64,000 bases of DNA from a virus (IMGVR_UViG_3300025030_000080:12088-76087), one strand, 5' to 3'; positions 43,196 to 55,766 are shown, counted from the stretch's first letter. Numbers and translations are program-made. The notes: generated by a model not told the origin, from the sequence alone.

Positions 43196-43564
43196 TCATT
43201 TAACTCCCCCTATCATTTCTCTACTTTGAGCAAACTTAATAAGATTTTCAACTTCGTCTTTAGTCCAACGTTTCTTTGCACGATCTCCTAAATCAGTAGG
43301 ATTTCCATGAAGCCATTTCTCCGCGAAGTATGAAGCGCAAGTGGATCCAAATCCTTTCTTGATAGAATCTTCATTTTTTAACGTTCTTCCGCAATTTCTA
43401 CATTTCGGAGTTCTGTACAAAAGAAAGTCTTTAATATATTGTTTATCTGGTAAAGAACTTTGAACTTTCAATTTGGTAGACCCGCAATACATACAACGAA
43501 TGTCTAATGGATTAGAACCAGATTTAAAATCTTTTCCGCACTTTTGACAAGAATATCTTTTCAT
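43196..43564 (-). CDS. Zn-ribbon plus DUF6011-like protein
   Basis: CRNCGRTLKNEDSIKKGFGSTC. Confidence 0.65.
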   Translation of the reverse strand: MKRYSCQKCGKDFKSGSNPLDIRCMYCGSTKLKVQSSLPDKQYIKDFLLYRTPKCRNCGRTLKNEDSIKKGFGSTCASYFAEKWLHGNPTDLGDRAKKRWTKDEVENLIKFAQSREMIGGVK

Positions 43565-43743
43565 AATATTTTTACCTCCTTGGAATTAAGTAGTTTACCC
43601 CATAAGTTCTTCCAACAATCTGAACAAACTTTCACTTTATTTAGTATTCCATCTTCTACCTCCATTTGAGCGTCTATTAATTTGACTTTATCAATTCCAC
43701 ATATGACGCATTTATTTTTTGTTGGATTTGCCATGCTAACCTC

Positions 43744-44040
43744 CTATTTCATCTCCTCCTGAATAGAATGTCTAGGAGAGAAGAAATCTTTCAATTTTCC
43801 AGTATTACGATCAAGATGTACTCTAATGCCAAATACATCGTGGGCAAAATCAAAATCCTCCGCATCTAAAAGATTAGATAGATGCATAGGGTTTCCATTA
43901 CAATGGCAAGCAGCTATATCCATTTGAGCGTCCTTTTCGTCATACTGCCATCCTGCATTATCTGCCATTTTGACTGCTCGATGAGCTATCTTTTCAATGG
44001 TGGTTAAATCCTTTTTAGTAACTTTAAATGTAACGCTCAT
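43744..44040 (-). CDS. DUF6874-like protein
   Basis: MDIAACH.NG.P..L..LL.A.DFDFAHDVFGI. Confidence 0.6.
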   Translation of the reverse strand: MSVTFKVTKKDLTTIEKIAHRAVKMADNAGWQYDEKDAQMDIAACHCNGNPMHLSNLLDAEDFDFAHDVFGIRVHLDRNTGKLKDFFSPRHSIQEEMK

Positions 44041-44351
44041 ATTCCCCTCCTTTTAATTTGAGATAATGGAACGGGTTTGAAATACCTATCCCTTTCAATA
44101 CCTAATCCAAACCTCCCTCTAAATTTGGTTAACTCTTTGAGGGAAAACATTCCTAATTCATCTTCAAACCCTTGAACTAACCCAAAAAAGTAAAAATCCT
44201 CCCCCTCTGCAGAACCCTCCGTTGCATACCAAGTCCAACTTCCTGTAGGATCGAAGAACTTTACCCAAACGGTGGGATCAGGATTATTTTCCTGACTGTA
44301 TAATGGGGGCAACTTACTCAAAATTTCTTTTGTTAATAGTTTCATGGCCAT
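44037..44351 (-). CDS. DUF2958 family protein
   Basis: VKFFDPTGSWTWYATE..FGLV...E.ELG.FSL.EL..IERD. Confidence 0.85.
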   Translation of the reverse strand: MAMKLLTKEILSKLPPLYSQENNPDPTVWVKFFDPTGSWTWYATEGSAEGEDFYFFGLVQGFEDELGMFSLKELTKFRGRFGLGIERDRYFKPVPLSQIKRRGI

Positions 44352-46634
44352 TTTATTCCTCCTTTACGAATGATTATCTAACAATTCATAGCCATCATCT
44401 AAATACATACCTCGGTGCTCTCCGCATAGGTAGGCACGACGATGAATTTTCTTTGTTATCGGATCTCTTACAATCATGAGATGAACGTCATCGTCATAGT
44501 TTTCATGCTCTCCATTTCGGCAATCGGCACATCGTTTTTCTTTCATTTTCGTTACTCCACGTCGAACCATTTAAAGCAAGTTTGAAGTACGTGATCGTAA
44601 TCCCCCGACGTAGCATCATCTTGAAATTCTTTAATTTGTTCTGGAGTTGCTCCTTCTCTTCGGAGTACTCTAATACATCTTCCGATGATACTGAAAGCGT
44701 TTCCATCTTCTCCGGTCAATTTGATCGTCGGTTTTGGCTCAAGCATTTTTCTCTCCTTTCTTCTTTTTAAATTCTTCTTTCAATTCATTTATTCTTTCTC
44801 TACTGGTTGCAAGTATGGGTTGTAAATCATTTACTAATTTCCATGCTTCTAACGTTTTTATATGGTATCTGTGATCTCCTATTATCAAAGTAATCCAATA
44901 CTTTCTTTTTCTATCCTTTTTGTAGGCTTTGGCAGCTATCATGTCCTCTCCTTCACCACTAACCATATATCATGGGGTCCTTGGCCTATCCAAATTAAAC
45001 ATCCTTGTTCTCTTTTGCCTTTACGAATTGCTTCTTTTTTATGCTCAAAAGCCCCCAAAAATATTAAATTTTCCTGCCTCAATTCTTCTCTAACGAAAGG
45101 ACAAGCGATCATGGATCCATCAATATAATGGTTCCCCGTTATATCCATTGGAATACTTTGGTTGCATCCTATGCAGGAATTTACCGGAATTCTCATTTTC
45201 CCTCCTCCTCCATCAGAAATATTCTCTTCTTCAACTCTTGATCACCATGATCCCCCACTACGTCTGGCGGTACGGAGAATGCTAGGAAGTCCCCAGGGGT
45301 ATCTCCATCCCCCTGTCCCGGATAGCAAGGGGAACAGAGAGCACAACGAATTCCCCATTTTGATTGAACAACTTGAACAACATTACTATCCCACCGGACG
45401 ATAGCGGAGTATTCTGATTCTTTATCAGGATTGAAAAATCCTTTATCATCTTTTTTGAATCCTATAAGATGAGTATCTGCGTCTATATCTCCACAATCGC
45501 ATTCCCCTTTTGCTTGGTAATCTTTACAATTTGCTAAATGTTCTTCTAATGCCATATCAATTCCTGCCCATGCATCATCATCAATGAATTCTAAATTATT
45601 TAGTTGAAACACCCCTGTCGTTGCTACATTTGGGTCTACGTGAATTCCGTAATGATTCATTTTTACCTCCTTTACTTGTTATCAAATTTTGCCCATCCTA
45701 TCGAGTTTCCATTATCATCCCAAAGAATGATAGTCTTTGGAAGTTTTATTCCTTCCTCTTCTATCTCATTGGCTTTGTTTTGAATCTGTAATAATACTTG
45801 GTTTAATGCCTTCGAATAGTTATCAACGAATGATGAATTTCCCGTCTGAATCTTAATTGTTATCATTTTTCTCCTCCCTTAAAGGTCCGTACCCCAATGG
45901 ATTAAAATCTTTTGCCTTCCCTTTATCACATCTTGGACAAGGAAGTTCTAAATCATTAGGGAGGAATCCCACTATATATTTACAATGGGGACACTCCCAA
46001 CGAAAGCAGAAAACGTTACTTGATGGTTTATTTGACATTATTTTCTTCTCTTTGGTTGAATAGCATCTGCCACTAAATCAGATGGAGCATAAATCCATTT
46101 TCTTCCCCCAGTGTCGATTCTGTTAAAGGGAATACCTTTACATTCCCTTATAGTTTCGGCACATCTGTTTTCTACCGCGTGAATGAGAGCAGTAATTCCG
46201 TTCCGAAGTTTTTTTTCCATCGCAGGAGTAATGCGAATATCTTTGCGAATAAAATCTACTAATTCTTTTTCTTCCTTTAATTTTATCATTTATAGAACCT
46301 CCGTTAGAATACGCCAGGATTTGAGAGTGCGTTCTTCATTGAATATAGCCTCAATTGGAATACCAATTAGTTTCTGCGTTTTATTCACTTTGGCTTCGAA
46401 AAGGGTCCTGTCGATAAATCGCATTACCTTATCAAATGATTTACTTCTGTCGTCCTCTGTCCACTTTGTATGCTCAGTCCACTTTATCAGGGAAGGACTC
46501 CAGGTACATTCACTAGTACAAACCCCCCATCCTTGCCCACTTAGAGTTATATGAACCCCAAGCATTGCATCTTGGTACCCCCCAATACCTACGTCAAACT
46601 GACCAATTTTTCCCAATTCCTTGTACTCTGTCAT

Positions 46635-47489
46635 TTACGCTACCTCCTCTTTTGCTTTTTCTTCTGGTTTAATAATATGATCAAACGCTTTCTGCGCTTT
46701 ACTTGCGGCAGAAATGACCAAGTTGGGTTCTTCCTTCAACCTTTTCATCCAACTTTGGATATAAGCAATTGAATTTTCAAACGGAGATTTAATTCCTACC
46801 TTGCTATATAGAAATACAGATCCTATTTCTGCTATTAATTCCTCCTTGCTATAGTCAGGAGAACCAAACGGAGGAAAAGTATCTCGATCAAATCCATCTC
46901 TATCGGCTCTATTTGGGTGTCCCGTAGAATGTACCATTTCATGAAAAAGAACTTCATAATAATATTCAGAAGATTCAAACGTTTTCATATCAGGCATATA
47001 GATTACATCTGTACGAGGGGCATATGCAGCCCGATCCGATTGAAATATTTTGGGTTTATCAGAGTATCCTTCCACCACTTTTTCACATTCTTCAATAGGG
47101 TTAATAATCCTGGATAATGTTGGAGGAATCTTACTTTCAATTCCCTCGCAATCTTCTACATTAAATACCTTGTAATATCTAAGCATAGGGACCGTTTTCA
47201 ATCCATCCTTACTATTTTCATCTAAGTATTCCAAACTTTTGAAATAGACTACCATTGCTCCTTGCGTTCCCTTTTTTACATTTCCTCCTAAATTTGACAC
47301 TTGTGTATACGTTGCCCAATATGGACTACTTTTTCCTTCTAATGTTAGAAGAATCACGTTGATACCTCTATAATCCTTTTTACTAATCAAATTCTTGGGA
47401 GAGGAAATGGCCCAAGGCTTATGCCAGGGGACAACTCCCTTTTCAAGTTGATCTATAATTTTTTGGGCGATAATTTCATTCACATGCAT
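46635..47489 (-). CDS. ardC: ArdC-like anti-restriction ssDNA-binding protein (DUF1738 + zincin)
   Basis: PWHKPW, YRGIN, WATY.Q, VFNV, FHEMVHSTGH, Y..EELIAE, YI.SW. Confidence 0.9.
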   Translation of the reverse strand: MHVNEIIAQKIIDQLEKGVVPWHKPWAISSPKNLISKKDYRGINVILLTLEGKSSPYWATYTQVSNLGGNVKKGTQGAMVVYFKSLEYLDENSKDGLKTVPMLRYYKVFNVEDCEGIESKIPPTLSRIINPIEECEKVVEGYSDKPKIFQSDRAAYAPRTDVIYMPDMKTFESSEYYYEVLFHEMVHSTGHPNRADRDGFDRDTFPPFGSPDYSKEELIAEIGSVFLYSKVGIKSPFENSIAYIQSWMKRLKEEPNLVISAASKAQKAFDHIIKPEEKAKEEVA

Positions 47490-47893
47490 TATCGTACCTC
47501 CTTTAATGGAAGGATAGAATCACACCAAGCGGTATCTTTAGGAAATGTATGTTCATAATATTTGATGTTACCCTTTTTTACATCTTTCCAATATTGTTCA
47601 TATCTTTTCGCAGTATCAAAGTAAGAATTCCCTGGAGGATGTGTTTTAAATAATGGTTCTGTAACTCCCATAGCAGAACATTTTAATATTTTCAAATCTA
47701 TTGAGGGTCTTTCTAACTGAAATTTAATTGCCTTTTCTAAATTAAAAAAAGCAATCAATTTTGACCTTCTATCTTTAGAAATTCTCCCAATTCGATAAAT
47801 CTTTTTCCAACCTCTTGGAGCATAGCAAGAAGTTAATCTACCTCCTTCAACCCGAACAACTTTGTATACTATTCTGGATTCTCCTTCAGCCAT
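47489..47893 (-). CDS. hypothetical protein
   Basis: tiling ORF. Confidence 0.55.
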   Translation of the reverse strand: MAEGESRIVYKVVRVEGGRLTSCYAPRGWKKIYRIGRISKDRRSKLIAFFNLEKAIKFQLERPSIDLKILKCSAMGVTEPLFKTHPPGNSYFDTAKRYEQYWKDVKKGNIKYYEHTFPKDTAWCDSILPLKEVR

Positions 47894-48229
47894 TTTCTTC
47901 TCCTTTCATCTCTTTGTAGGTTAACCCAATCTCTTGGCAAGCCTTCTTTTCCTTTTCATAATGCCCTTCTCCTCCAAGAAGTTTGTCGAATAAGTTATCC
48001 CACATCCTACCAGTCGCCTCCAACACTTCAATATCAGTTTCTTCGATTTCCATTTATGTCCCCTTCCTTTTCAAAACATACCCCATCCATCCTGCTTGCC
48101 AAAATAAATACTTCCCCGTTCCTAAAAGGAAATTGACGGCTTCCAAATTATGGAAATATCCTATTAATCCATCCATATCAATAAATTTATTAGAAGTTGC
48201 TAATGCTTCTTCTTCAGTATTTATTTTTT

Positions 48230-48910
48230 TCATCTAAATTCCTCCACTTTTTTGGATGATGTATTAAAATACTCTAATCTTTCATTATCACATCCTAATG
48301 CCCATAAATCATAATTTACATTTTTAATTCTATTCCCTAGTACTTTGGAGTGACCAAATATTTGAGGAATGTCATAAAATTTTTCATCTCTGTAATCCGC
48401 CCAAAATATTCCTCCAAAAGGATCTCTTCCACCACGGCAACGCGGAATATTGAATATAACGCTTCCTTTCTTCCTACTTTTTAAAAACTCATTCCATTCC
48501 GCTATCAATATTTCAGATACGGAATTTTCTTTCATTGCTCCTTTTATAAAACGTTGAGAAAGCCCCTCAGAAATTCCACCATGGGTAATTACAAATCCAT
48601 CTACTTCTGTTACAGGAACAAATCGGTCAATAAACTCCTCATAAATTTCATTTAATCCTTTAGTCATATGATAATTATATCCAGAACACATAAACGGAGA
48701 ATTGGTGAGATAGTGAATATCATGATTTCCCAAAAGTAATATGGCATCTGATTCTATTACTTTTTTCAAGGTATACAATATTTCTTCGTCTGAAGCATTA
48801 AAAGAATCCACATAATCCCCGGTGAAAATATGAGTTTCCTCAGGTTTATATTTCAAAAACTTTTCTACTTTTGATAGCCTTCCGTGAACATCGCCAATTA
48901 CTAATGCCAT
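48230..48910 (-). CDS. metallophosphoesterase
   Basis: GDVHG, GDYVD, GNHD, THGG, FGHS. Confidence 0.9.
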   Translation of the reverse strand: MALVIGDVHGRLSKVEKFLKYKPEETHIFTGDYVDSFNASDEEILYTLKKVIESDAILLLGNHDIHYLTNSPFMCSGYNYHMTKGLNEIYEEFIDRFVPVTEVDGFVITHGGISEGLSQRFIKGAMKENSVSEILIAEWNEFLKSRKKGSVIFNIPRCRGGRDPFGGIFWADYRDEKFYDIPQIFGHSKVLGNRIKNVNYDLWALGCDNERLEYFNTSSKKVEEFR

Positions 48911-49392
48911 TATTTCCTCCTTGTTTCTCGGAATAATTCAATTAGAAATGCATATGCTTCCCTATAGATTCCAGGATGTTTATCTTCACTGGGACCGGCT
49001 ACGTTCAAAATATAAATCCCTTGGGCAAGAATCCAATCTTTAGCGGAGGTAAAGGGAAGGGGCATTCCATTAGGAAACGCTTCATTGTAAGGGACCATTA
49101 TATAAGGTTTTTCCCAAGTTTTAAGAATTGTTAAGGTCAACTCCGTTCCTCTTGAATACTTTCCATCGGTATAAATTAATGTTCCGTCAGAATCCTCAAC
49201 GTTTAATCTTGTTCGTGGAGGATAAGTAGCAGAAATAGTTTCCATCAATTTATACTTAGCAGGAATAACTCCATCTTTCGCTGTCCTCCCCTTTGGGCAC
49301 CAACCTCCGTGGGGTATACCTAGTTCTATGGCGGCATCGAGTGCTGCCCTATCGACGCCCACTTGTCCACCACTGATCACTTTTTCAAGCAT
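48910..49392 (-). CDS. SLOG-fold protein (putative molybdenum carrier family)
   Basis: ISGGQ.GVDRAALD..HGGWCPKGR..RT.LNV.DSDGTL..LNVAGP. Confidence 0.85.
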   Translation of the reverse strand: MLEKVISGGQVGVDRAALDAAIELGIPHGGWCPKGRTAKDGVIPAKYKLMETISATYPPRTRLNVEDSDGTLIYTDGKYSRGTELTLTILKTWEKPYIMVPYNEAFPNGMPLPFTSAKDWILAQGIYILNVAGPSEDKHPGIYREAYAFLIELFRETRRK

Positions 49393-52300
49393 TATTTTTC
49401 TCCTTCATAAACTGGTAAATAGTTACTCCACTTTTTTCTTTCCACCCTAATCGTCGGGCGTGGGATCTTACACACCCCTGGGTACAGTATCCAGCAATCT
49501 CCGTACTGGAATCCCTAAAGTTATATTGAAATCCACAACCTTTACAAGTATTCGTTGGATGTTCAAGCATGGCTACCTCCCCTCTTCATCGGTTTCTGAT
49601 TTCCAATCTTATGTAAACCACATCTAAATACGGGATCCAGTGTAGTGGTATACCATTCCCCTCGGTACTTGAATGCCCACTGATCAGCCCCCGGAGACAC
49701 TGGCCTACCTGTACGAGTTACAACCTCCTTCAGTTCCCCATTCTCACCGTAAATGGCGATGGGCATATTTTCTAATCTTGTTGGTTCATTCCATTCCCCC
49801 TTGGTAACCAAACGGGATTTTGGTAGGGAAACTTTGAATTTCTTTTCCGGTTGGCCGTAAATCTTAGGAACAGCGATTTCTGGCATGAAGGCCCCCTTTA
49901 TTAAGATTTGAATTCATATACTTCTACAATTTCAGAACTATTGTATTCTACTTCACTAAAAGGAAAACCATTGTTTTCAAATTTTTCTCTCGCTTCTATT
50001 TCAGAATTTGCTTCTACCTCAACGCTTTTCCTTTCATCCCAAACAATGGTAAATTTCATTATTTTTCTCCTTTGATAATATTTTTCATATCCTTAGCATA
50101 ATCAGGCATTTCCTTTTCCAATTCTGCAGTAGCGTCCCTATACCTACATTTATGGCCATCTGACCATGGTAGTCCCGTTGGATACTCTATGGACATAACT
50201 TCCATTCCACAATTGGGGTCGGTACATTTCCACCATTTATATTCTTTTGTCATATATTCCCTTCTTTGCGTCAGATATGGTATCTTTGATAGATTCTATT
50301 AATTCTTTATCTTGGTTTGGGTACACGTCCGTCTCTATACGATGCAAAGCATCTTCAAGTAATTTCAACATCGTTGGAGCCTCTTTAATCAAATTGGAAT
50401 ACTTATCAAAAAGTGGATTTCTCTTGTTTCCCTCTTCATAGGGTTGAAAACTAACTTTAGCAATTCTTTCTCCCTTGTTATCATTAATTCCATGTCCGTC
50501 AAATCTCCAAGGGGCATTATATTCATTACTCATTTTTTCTCTCCCTTTTCAGGGGCGTCGCACCCCTTGGCCGATTCCTCATCAGCAGAATACTTTCTGA
50601 ATTGACTCATTTTGAACGTAGTTATTTCAACTTTATACCAAATAAATATAGAGAATGCTTCATCGCATCCACCAATTTCATTATCACAACGAACTATTTT
50701 TGTTTCCCCGTGGTCTCCCCCTACCCTTTGTTCTACCCCACAATATGGGCATTCTATTTTTTTGTATAAAATAGTCATGATTTTTCCTCCACATTACAGG
50801 CTGAACAAGGGCAATCGGATGTTAGAATGATTGTTCCATCCTTTACAAAACCTTCCCAACATTCCGGGCAAAGAGTTTGGTCAGCCCTAGTTTCACTTTG
50901 ATATTTTTCAACGTAATGCATATAATTATAATCTTGAGTTTTCTTCCCACACTCATCACATTCAAATTCTGGAATTCCTGGATCATTCAAATTAGTAGGC
51001 ATTTATTTATCCTCCTTGTTTTTAATTGGGCAACATAATGCTATTGCTTCTCCGCTTACAAACATTTCATTTTGTTGGGGGTCAGTTTTTACTTCCATTT
51101 CCATTCTACATATAACGCAAACAGAAATTTGCCAAGTAATTCTACCTTGGAATCTATCCATTATATGCCCCCGAAACTTTGCGGCTTCTCTTGCATAAGT
51201 TCGGAGGGTAGATATTTTCATTTATTCTCCTTTTGAATATGATGGTCAGGAGCAACCCTATCTCCCAAAAAGTTGTTATCCATTCTGTTGATAATATCTT
51301 CATTACTTTCTTGAACGAAAGGAACATTATCAGTAACCCATACTCCTTGCATAGTTTGTTCCTCTTTGGATTCCTCATATTCCCCACATCCTAACAACAT
51401 AGGTATGACGATTAACAATGTTAATTTTTTCATATTCCCTCCCCCTTGAAATTCTTTTGTTCATGATAATGATCTATCACTGATTTGGCTTCCCCTAAAG
51501 CATTCTTTTCAGGATCTCCGTAGAATCCCCAGCAAGAATCTACGTGTTCCCCATCTTTTTCAATTACATACCCATAAATATTTCCTGTTAGATAGTTATC
51601 ATATTCTTCTACTTCTGCTTTCAATTGTTTAAGTACTTCATTAATTAATTTTTTGGTAATACGTTTAGCATTAAAATTCTTTTTAATATCTTCATATCTA
51701 ACAAAGATATATCCTACTTGGCCAGAATCCCATGGGCAACTAAATCCGGTAGTATTCATAGTAATTCCAGAATGATCGTACAAGTAGAGTGGTAGGGAAA
51801 GTACGTCTTTTCTCTTGATCAAATCTTCTATTTCTTGAATACAATATCCGTGTCGATCTCCCAACTGATACTTACGATGCCAACAATACATGGCACCAAG
51901 ATTGTCCCATTCCCGAGGGGAAGTAGGATTAACATCTTGGTAAATTTGAATATCAAAACCTTTGTATTTCTCTTGATAAATAGAGTTATTTTTCATTTCT
52001 TTTTTGCCCCCCAGTAGATTTTGATGTTGGTGATACCCAGGGGGTTGGAACCGTTTTACACCCACAGACCACGCATCGCTTCGGGTAAAATGGAACTGCT
52101 GCAAGGGATACTCCCATTGTTACACACGCCCCTAAGAACGTCCCCATTCCAACTATTCTCTTATGTCCGGTAACTTTTTCACAATTCTTGCAATATTCTT
52201 GTATCATCTTTTCGCCGCCTTTCCTGTTACCTTCATGGTGTATTTCTCCCCCACCCAGGTAACTTTGGTATCCAATCCCGATGAGAATCCTACGTGGTAT

Positions 52301-55216
52301 CCTACGGAGAATGCTAACATAGCAAATAATAGGGCTACTGCTAATGTTCCTAAATAATCCATTAACTTGTTCAATATTTTCCAGAAAGTTTCCATTAGGT
52401 TCTCCTTTTGATAGGATTTCTTTCCCAAATTATCATTGATAATGCGAATTCTTCCATATCTATACCTTTGTGCTTATTCATTTCATAATTGAATTTGAAT
52501 ATTTTTTGCACTGTTTGAACCCTTCGCCCTTTCGCCCATTCTAATAATTCAGGAGAATCCATAATTGTTTTTCCTGATTTGGAGGTAACAAAGTGAAAGG
52601 GATAAAAATACCACTTACTTCCCAAATTTCCCGAGTGGTGCCATGCTTCCTTCGTAATTTTAAAGATGGGGCTTTCTGTTACATAGTCCCCATCAAAACT
52701 CATACAGATCAACTTTCTCATGATACCTCCTTCTCCCCTTTACTTAGCAGGGTGTTTTGTTCCCTCAAAATCCATATGAATTACATTTAAATCGTGCCTA
52801 TTACACCATACTTGAATTCCCTTTGCTGTCCATCCTGCTTGAGTTCGAGACCATTCCATTGGGGATACCCCATCGGGAATTTCCTCCAAGCACTTCTTAC
52901 AATGAAGATATGCACCAATTTCATTCGGAATAACTTTTTTCATGTTCTCCCCTCCTTTCATTTATGCCAGGCTATTTCACTATCTTCTTGAGTCATTCTC
53001 TTGCTTCCCTTCGGGAGTTTGTCTAAACCAAATGGGCAGGAAAGTTCTGGAACGTGTTCTTCTCCGTTGTATCGAAAGACGACCCAACACCCCCACATAC
53101 CTATGGGTTTACGAACGAACGTATGGAGAATGGGGTGGGTTTTCCCACATTTGGAACATTTGAAGGGTTCCTCCCAATTTGCTCCAAATTTACAAGTTCC
53201 GTCAGTAGGAAACTCAATTTCCTTTCTACCTGGGATTGTTTTATATACCTCAATATGTACCCCGCTCTTATCTACCTTTCCTCTGAACTGAAGTAGGGAA
53301 CTCATATCAATACCACCGTTTCTTCCCCATTTTCCGGGTCTTTTCCTTCCTCTGGAACGGTGAATTTATTATGATATTCTGACCACTCTACCTTGCAAGA
53401 TTCTACTCCAAGAATTGATCCTGCTATAGTAGTTCTCCAGTAATCCCCTGAAGGATAAGCCATTCTCACGGGCAAATCTTCATCAAATTCTTCCAACTTC
53501 CTAATTAATTCTCTTACTGTCATCGTACCCTCCTTACCAACATAGTTGGCTTTGCAGGTTCCTCTTCAATTGGTTCAAATACGGCCCCAAGCTGCTCAGT
53601 TATCCAAAGCGGTTCTCTACTATTTTCATATAACCATTTGTTAGTCATAAACGATTTCCCAGCAGAAAAAAGTAAATTAACTATTTTGAGCACTTCGTAA
53701 TTTCCTTCGGGGAAATTGGCTATTGGTGGCGTAGTAACGCGACCAATTACCTTCAACCCAAAGTATTCTGCTGGTGTCATTTATTCAACATCTCCTTCAA
53801 TTTCTCTTGAACATATTCCAAATGCCCTCCACTTTCTGCTCCGTGCTCAATTCTACAATTCACTTCTGAGTAAATATCTCTGATAGATTGCCTTATAGAC
53901 GATATTTGTTTTTCTGCGCTATCTAATACATCCTCCATGATCCCCATAACAGTAGAGGGACTATTGATTAATGCCTGAGCCGTCAATTTAAGAACTTCAT
54001 CCTTGGCCATATCTACTTTCATTTGTTCATCCTTCTCAGAAGTGGATTTAACCATTCCTTGTAAGGTTTCATTTTGACCTCAAACTTGGGATCGGTGAAA
54101 TGTATACCATTACAATATTGACGATTACCATCTAAATGAGCACAAACTGTATACGTATCAAGTAGCCTTTTTGACCCAGGAATATCATATCCCTCCACTG
54201 ATATAGGATACCCACACTTATGGCAAACCTTTACTCCGATGACTCGGTCAACTATGTATTCTTTGCTCATTATATCGCCACCTCCATGATGGCCATGTAG
54301 CCGTTCATTTTTGTTGCCCAATATTCCTCCGCTTCCTCTCTGGTGGAAAATAGTTTGGCAGATCCGTCTTTATCACTAACCACAACGGCATCACTTCCGT
54401 TCAACTCAAACCAATTGACGATGATAAAGGTTCCTTTCTTAATGGTACTACCAGGATTTTGAAGTTCCTGATGATCTTTCTCACACAGAATGGCAATAAT
54501 CCCTGATTCTGATTTATATAAATATCCAAAATTATACTTTTCCCCTTCCCCCAATTCTATTTCGCATTGATCACAAAATATTTTCTCTTCTGGATTAAGC
54601 TCAAATTTTCCAATTAACATAAATTTGGTGAAATTATCTCCTAATATATGTATCATTCCCCGTCCTCCTTTATTGGGTGATCTCCTTGACATTCTACACA
54701 AAGTCCCCATGCCCAATACTTAGGAAATACCTCATTGAATATAGATTTTCCGCAACAACCGCAATGACCCCATCCTTGAAGTTCATTTGGGGAGTAGAAA
54801 GGAAGATCGAATTTTTTGATAACAGATCGAACAATGGTAATGAGTAATCCTTTTAATTTGGGGAAATTAATTTGGTCGTGGGAATTTAGAACGTAAGGAC
54901 GTACAGCAAAGTTTTTTCTCGTCACAGTCTTGCTCTCGGTCATCGCGCCCTCCTTGATGTTTGAAGCGTATTGCTTATCTACCTATCAATTTTGATTTCT
55001 CCTCCTTCCTTATTCAACAATTCATACAGTTCTAACTACTGTGATAGCCTTACAATCAGGAATAGTACTTACTTCATCAAATACGACATTCGACCCCAAC
55101 TCTAAATCCATTATTTTATCCACTTCGCTACTTGAAAAGTCGGACAATCGAATGAGATCAAGTAAAGATAAGTCATCATTTTTATCAACACCATCCGTAA
55201 TTGTAAATCTTCTCAT
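49385..55216 (-). other. early-region array of small hypothetical CDSs
   Basis: about 25 tiling ORFs, many with Cys pairs. Confidence 0.55.
51430..52104 (-). CDS. conserved phage protein (true start likely about 51996)
   Basis: SPREWDNLG..LPLYLYDHSG..WDSGQVG. Confidence 0.6.
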   Translation of the reverse strand: MQQFHFTRSDAWSVGVKRFQPPGYHQHQNLLGGKKEMKNNSIYQEKYKGFDIQIYQDVNPTSPREWDNLGAMYCWHRKYQLGDRHGYCIQEIEDLIKRKDVLSLPLYLYDHSGITMNTTGFSCPWDSGQVGYIFVRYEDIKKNFNAKRITKKLINEVLKQLKAEVEEYDNYLTGNIYGYVIEKDGEHVDSCWGFYGDPEKNALGEAKSVIDHYHEQKNFKGEGI

Positions 55217-55238
55217 TTTTCCTCCTTTCTTCAGAAAA

Positions 55239-55311
55239 GGGTGGCGGGGCCTGGGGTTAGTTATCCAGGTTTCGGGGTGGGCGTGATCTCCACCACAACA
55301 CCCCGCCACCC
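55239..55311 (-). ncRNA. branched GC-rich RNA structure or terminator after the winged-helix gene
   Basis: GGGTGGCGGGG/CCCCGCCACCC 11-bp stem enclosing two hairpins, followed by TTTT. Confidence 0.45.
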
Positions 55312-55319
55312 TATCTAAA

Positions 55320-55766
55320 TTAGGCGACCTTTGTGAACTTGTCCCCGTCCTTGGTCATGTAACCCATCCCGACCAGGAACTGCACCGCGAACTGAGCCAC
55401 CGCCTTGGCTTCCTTCGGGTTGTTGGCCTTCTCGCTGGCCTTCTTCGTGGCGTAGAGAGAGTTGGCTCCGTCCACGATCTCCACCATCGTCAGAGGAGCC
55501 GTCATCCCCTTGATGAATTCGGTGGTGGCGTCCGCACGGCTGTATCCCGGAGTCAGACCCGCAGCCTTGGCCGCAGCCTTGGCCGCCTTCTCCGCTTCAC
55601 GAGCCGCCTTGATCTCATCCTTCAACTTCTTCTCCTGAGCCTTCAGTGCCGCGACCTGCGCTTTGATTTCTTCCTTCGTCATGATTTCGCCCTCCTTCGG
55701 GGTGGGTTCCTTGGTCCCTTGAACCAAGGTCAGGTTGGATTTCATTGAACGCTCTGCTTTCGCCAT
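55320..55766 (-). CDS. coiled-coil + winged-helix-like DNA-binding protein (alternative start 55682)
   Basis: Lys/Ala coiled coil; YSR..AN.LY..NNPKE..V; strongly GC3-biased codons. Confidence 0.7.
   Translation of the reverse strand: MAKAERSMKSNLTLVQGTKEPTPKEGEIMTKEEIKAQVAALKAQEKKLKDEIKAAREAEKAAKAAAKAAGLTPGYSRADATTEFIKGMTAPLTMVEIVDGANSLYATKKASEKANNPKEAKAVAQFAVQFLVGMGYMTKDGDKFTKVA

Larger units (their letters stand above)
41150..46634 (-). other. early-region array of small hypothetical CDSs
   Basis: about 20 tiling ORFs with GGAGG RBS. Confidence 0.55.

Noticed and set aside
6484-54321. recurrent C-terminal P-x-hydrophobic-RR tails (PPILKRRIK, KPIMIRRIR, PTMLVRRVR) as a targeting signal
   Set aside because: Largely explained by the overlapping AGGAG Shine-Dalgarno of the next gene; not enough support by eye.
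55239-55311. hammerhead ribozyme
   Set aside because: It has a GAAA junction but lacks the CUGANGA core on either strand.
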